From: Hormiphora californensis
Taxonomy: Eukaryota; Animalia; Ctenophora
Direction: 5' to 3'
Length of the DNA stretch: 64,000 nucleotides
Assembly (NCBI GenBank): GCA_020137815.1
Contig: CM035359.1
Location: forward strand, 5,828,001 to 5,892,000
Part shown: piece by piece, positions 63,283 to 64,000 of the stretch
Numbering within the stretch: position 1 is the stretch's first letter
How the letters are laid out: the number at the start of each line of letters is the position of its first letter
Translations under genes and position numbers: made by a program
The notes under the pieces: model-generated
Told to the model about the DNA's origin: nothing
The model's input: only the letters and a program-made list of their open reading frames with translations
The model's database searches: none

Positions 63283-64000
63283 ATGTCCCACTACGAATTG
63301 TTGCCCCTTTTGGCCCTACTTCTCCACCTTGGAAGTGCCGATCTAATGCCCATGGAGTGTTACCGGTGTATGAATTTGGTGGTTGATAACGAGAACCAAA
63401 CCTTTCCTGGGGTACGTTTTGTTTTGTCTTTTTGTTCCCGTATATTTTGGGATGCGGAGAGAGTTTGAACAAGACAATATTTGTCTAGTTTGCAACCGAA
63501 TCTTCTTCACGTTCAGACATTCTGAGAGAATTGAAGAAGGGTTGGGTTCCCAACAAAACCGACCGTTTCAGATTTCCCAATGCCACTCCTACAAAAGGAC
63601 ATCCTGTGAGAGAACGACGCACGCCTGCTACATGATGTACATGGATTACGAGATAACAGAGAATAGCGTCAGGAGTGCCTTTCCTGTCCACGATCCTCAA
63701 ATAAGTAAGAAATGAAAAGATCGAGCTGTTTGCATAGATTATTCAACTGAGGAAAAACAAGAATTGTTTTGCTGTTGAAGATATGTATCAGATGATATCC
63801 ATCTAACCCCCACATCCCCTCAGTGGTAACGTATTGGGAATGTCTACCCCGGGTGGCCCCATGTTCCCACGCTTTCCAGAACATACGAGACCTGACAAAA
63901 GACGACAGAAAGATGAATCTGACATGGTGTGAAGCGAACCAAAGAAGTGCAGAACCATTGTATTTGGGCGACAGTGAGAGTTCAGGGGCATCAACCAGTT
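63283..64000 (+). CDS. Secreted, possibly GPI-anchored, Cys-containing protein, LU/three-finger (Ly6/quiver)-like; runs off the window
   Basis: Signal peptide MSHYELLPLLALLLHLGSA, then MECYRC; later exons ISQCHSYKRTSCERTTHACY and VTYWECLPRVAPC..LTWC. The canonical CCxxDxCN motif is not seen. Confidence 0.55.

Overview
Eukaryotic, intron-rich animal genomic DNA, most likely a ctenophore (Pleurobrachia-like). That assignment rests on a 42-nt stretch at 18464-18505 that matches my recollection of the Pleurobrachia spliced-leader (SL) sequence. Recognisable multi-exon genes: an RGS-RhoGEF (ARHGEF1/11/12 family, +); arfaptin (-); MAGT1/TUSC3 (-) with an antisense F-type-lectin-like gene nested in one intron; a Cys-rich single-pass membrane protein (+); an SLC37 sugar-phosphate exchanger (-, partly duplicated); and a secreted LU/three-finger-like protein (+). 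Mobile DNA: a full-length CR1/L2-type LINE that begins with the SL; a 5'-truncated L2-type LINE; an inverted-duplicated Penelope-like element with a target-site duplication (TSD) and hammerhead-like motifs; a foldback palindrome with a nested MITE; and several TA-flanked MITEs. The most striking signal is the SL-capped LINE, which implies its RNA was trans-spliced before reverse transcription and may regenerate its 5' end at the SL's own terminal AG. Other signals: a candidate MAGT1-arfaptin operon, tandem arrays built from splice sites, and a tandem array of RFX X-box-like motifs. Large parts are low-quality, homopolymer-inflated or indel-rich sequence (about 1-1400, 8900-9700, 18550-19700, 20800-23250, 36600-43500, 54530-59300), and most ORFs in the supplied track are microsatellite or error artefacts. 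All gene models were built by eye.
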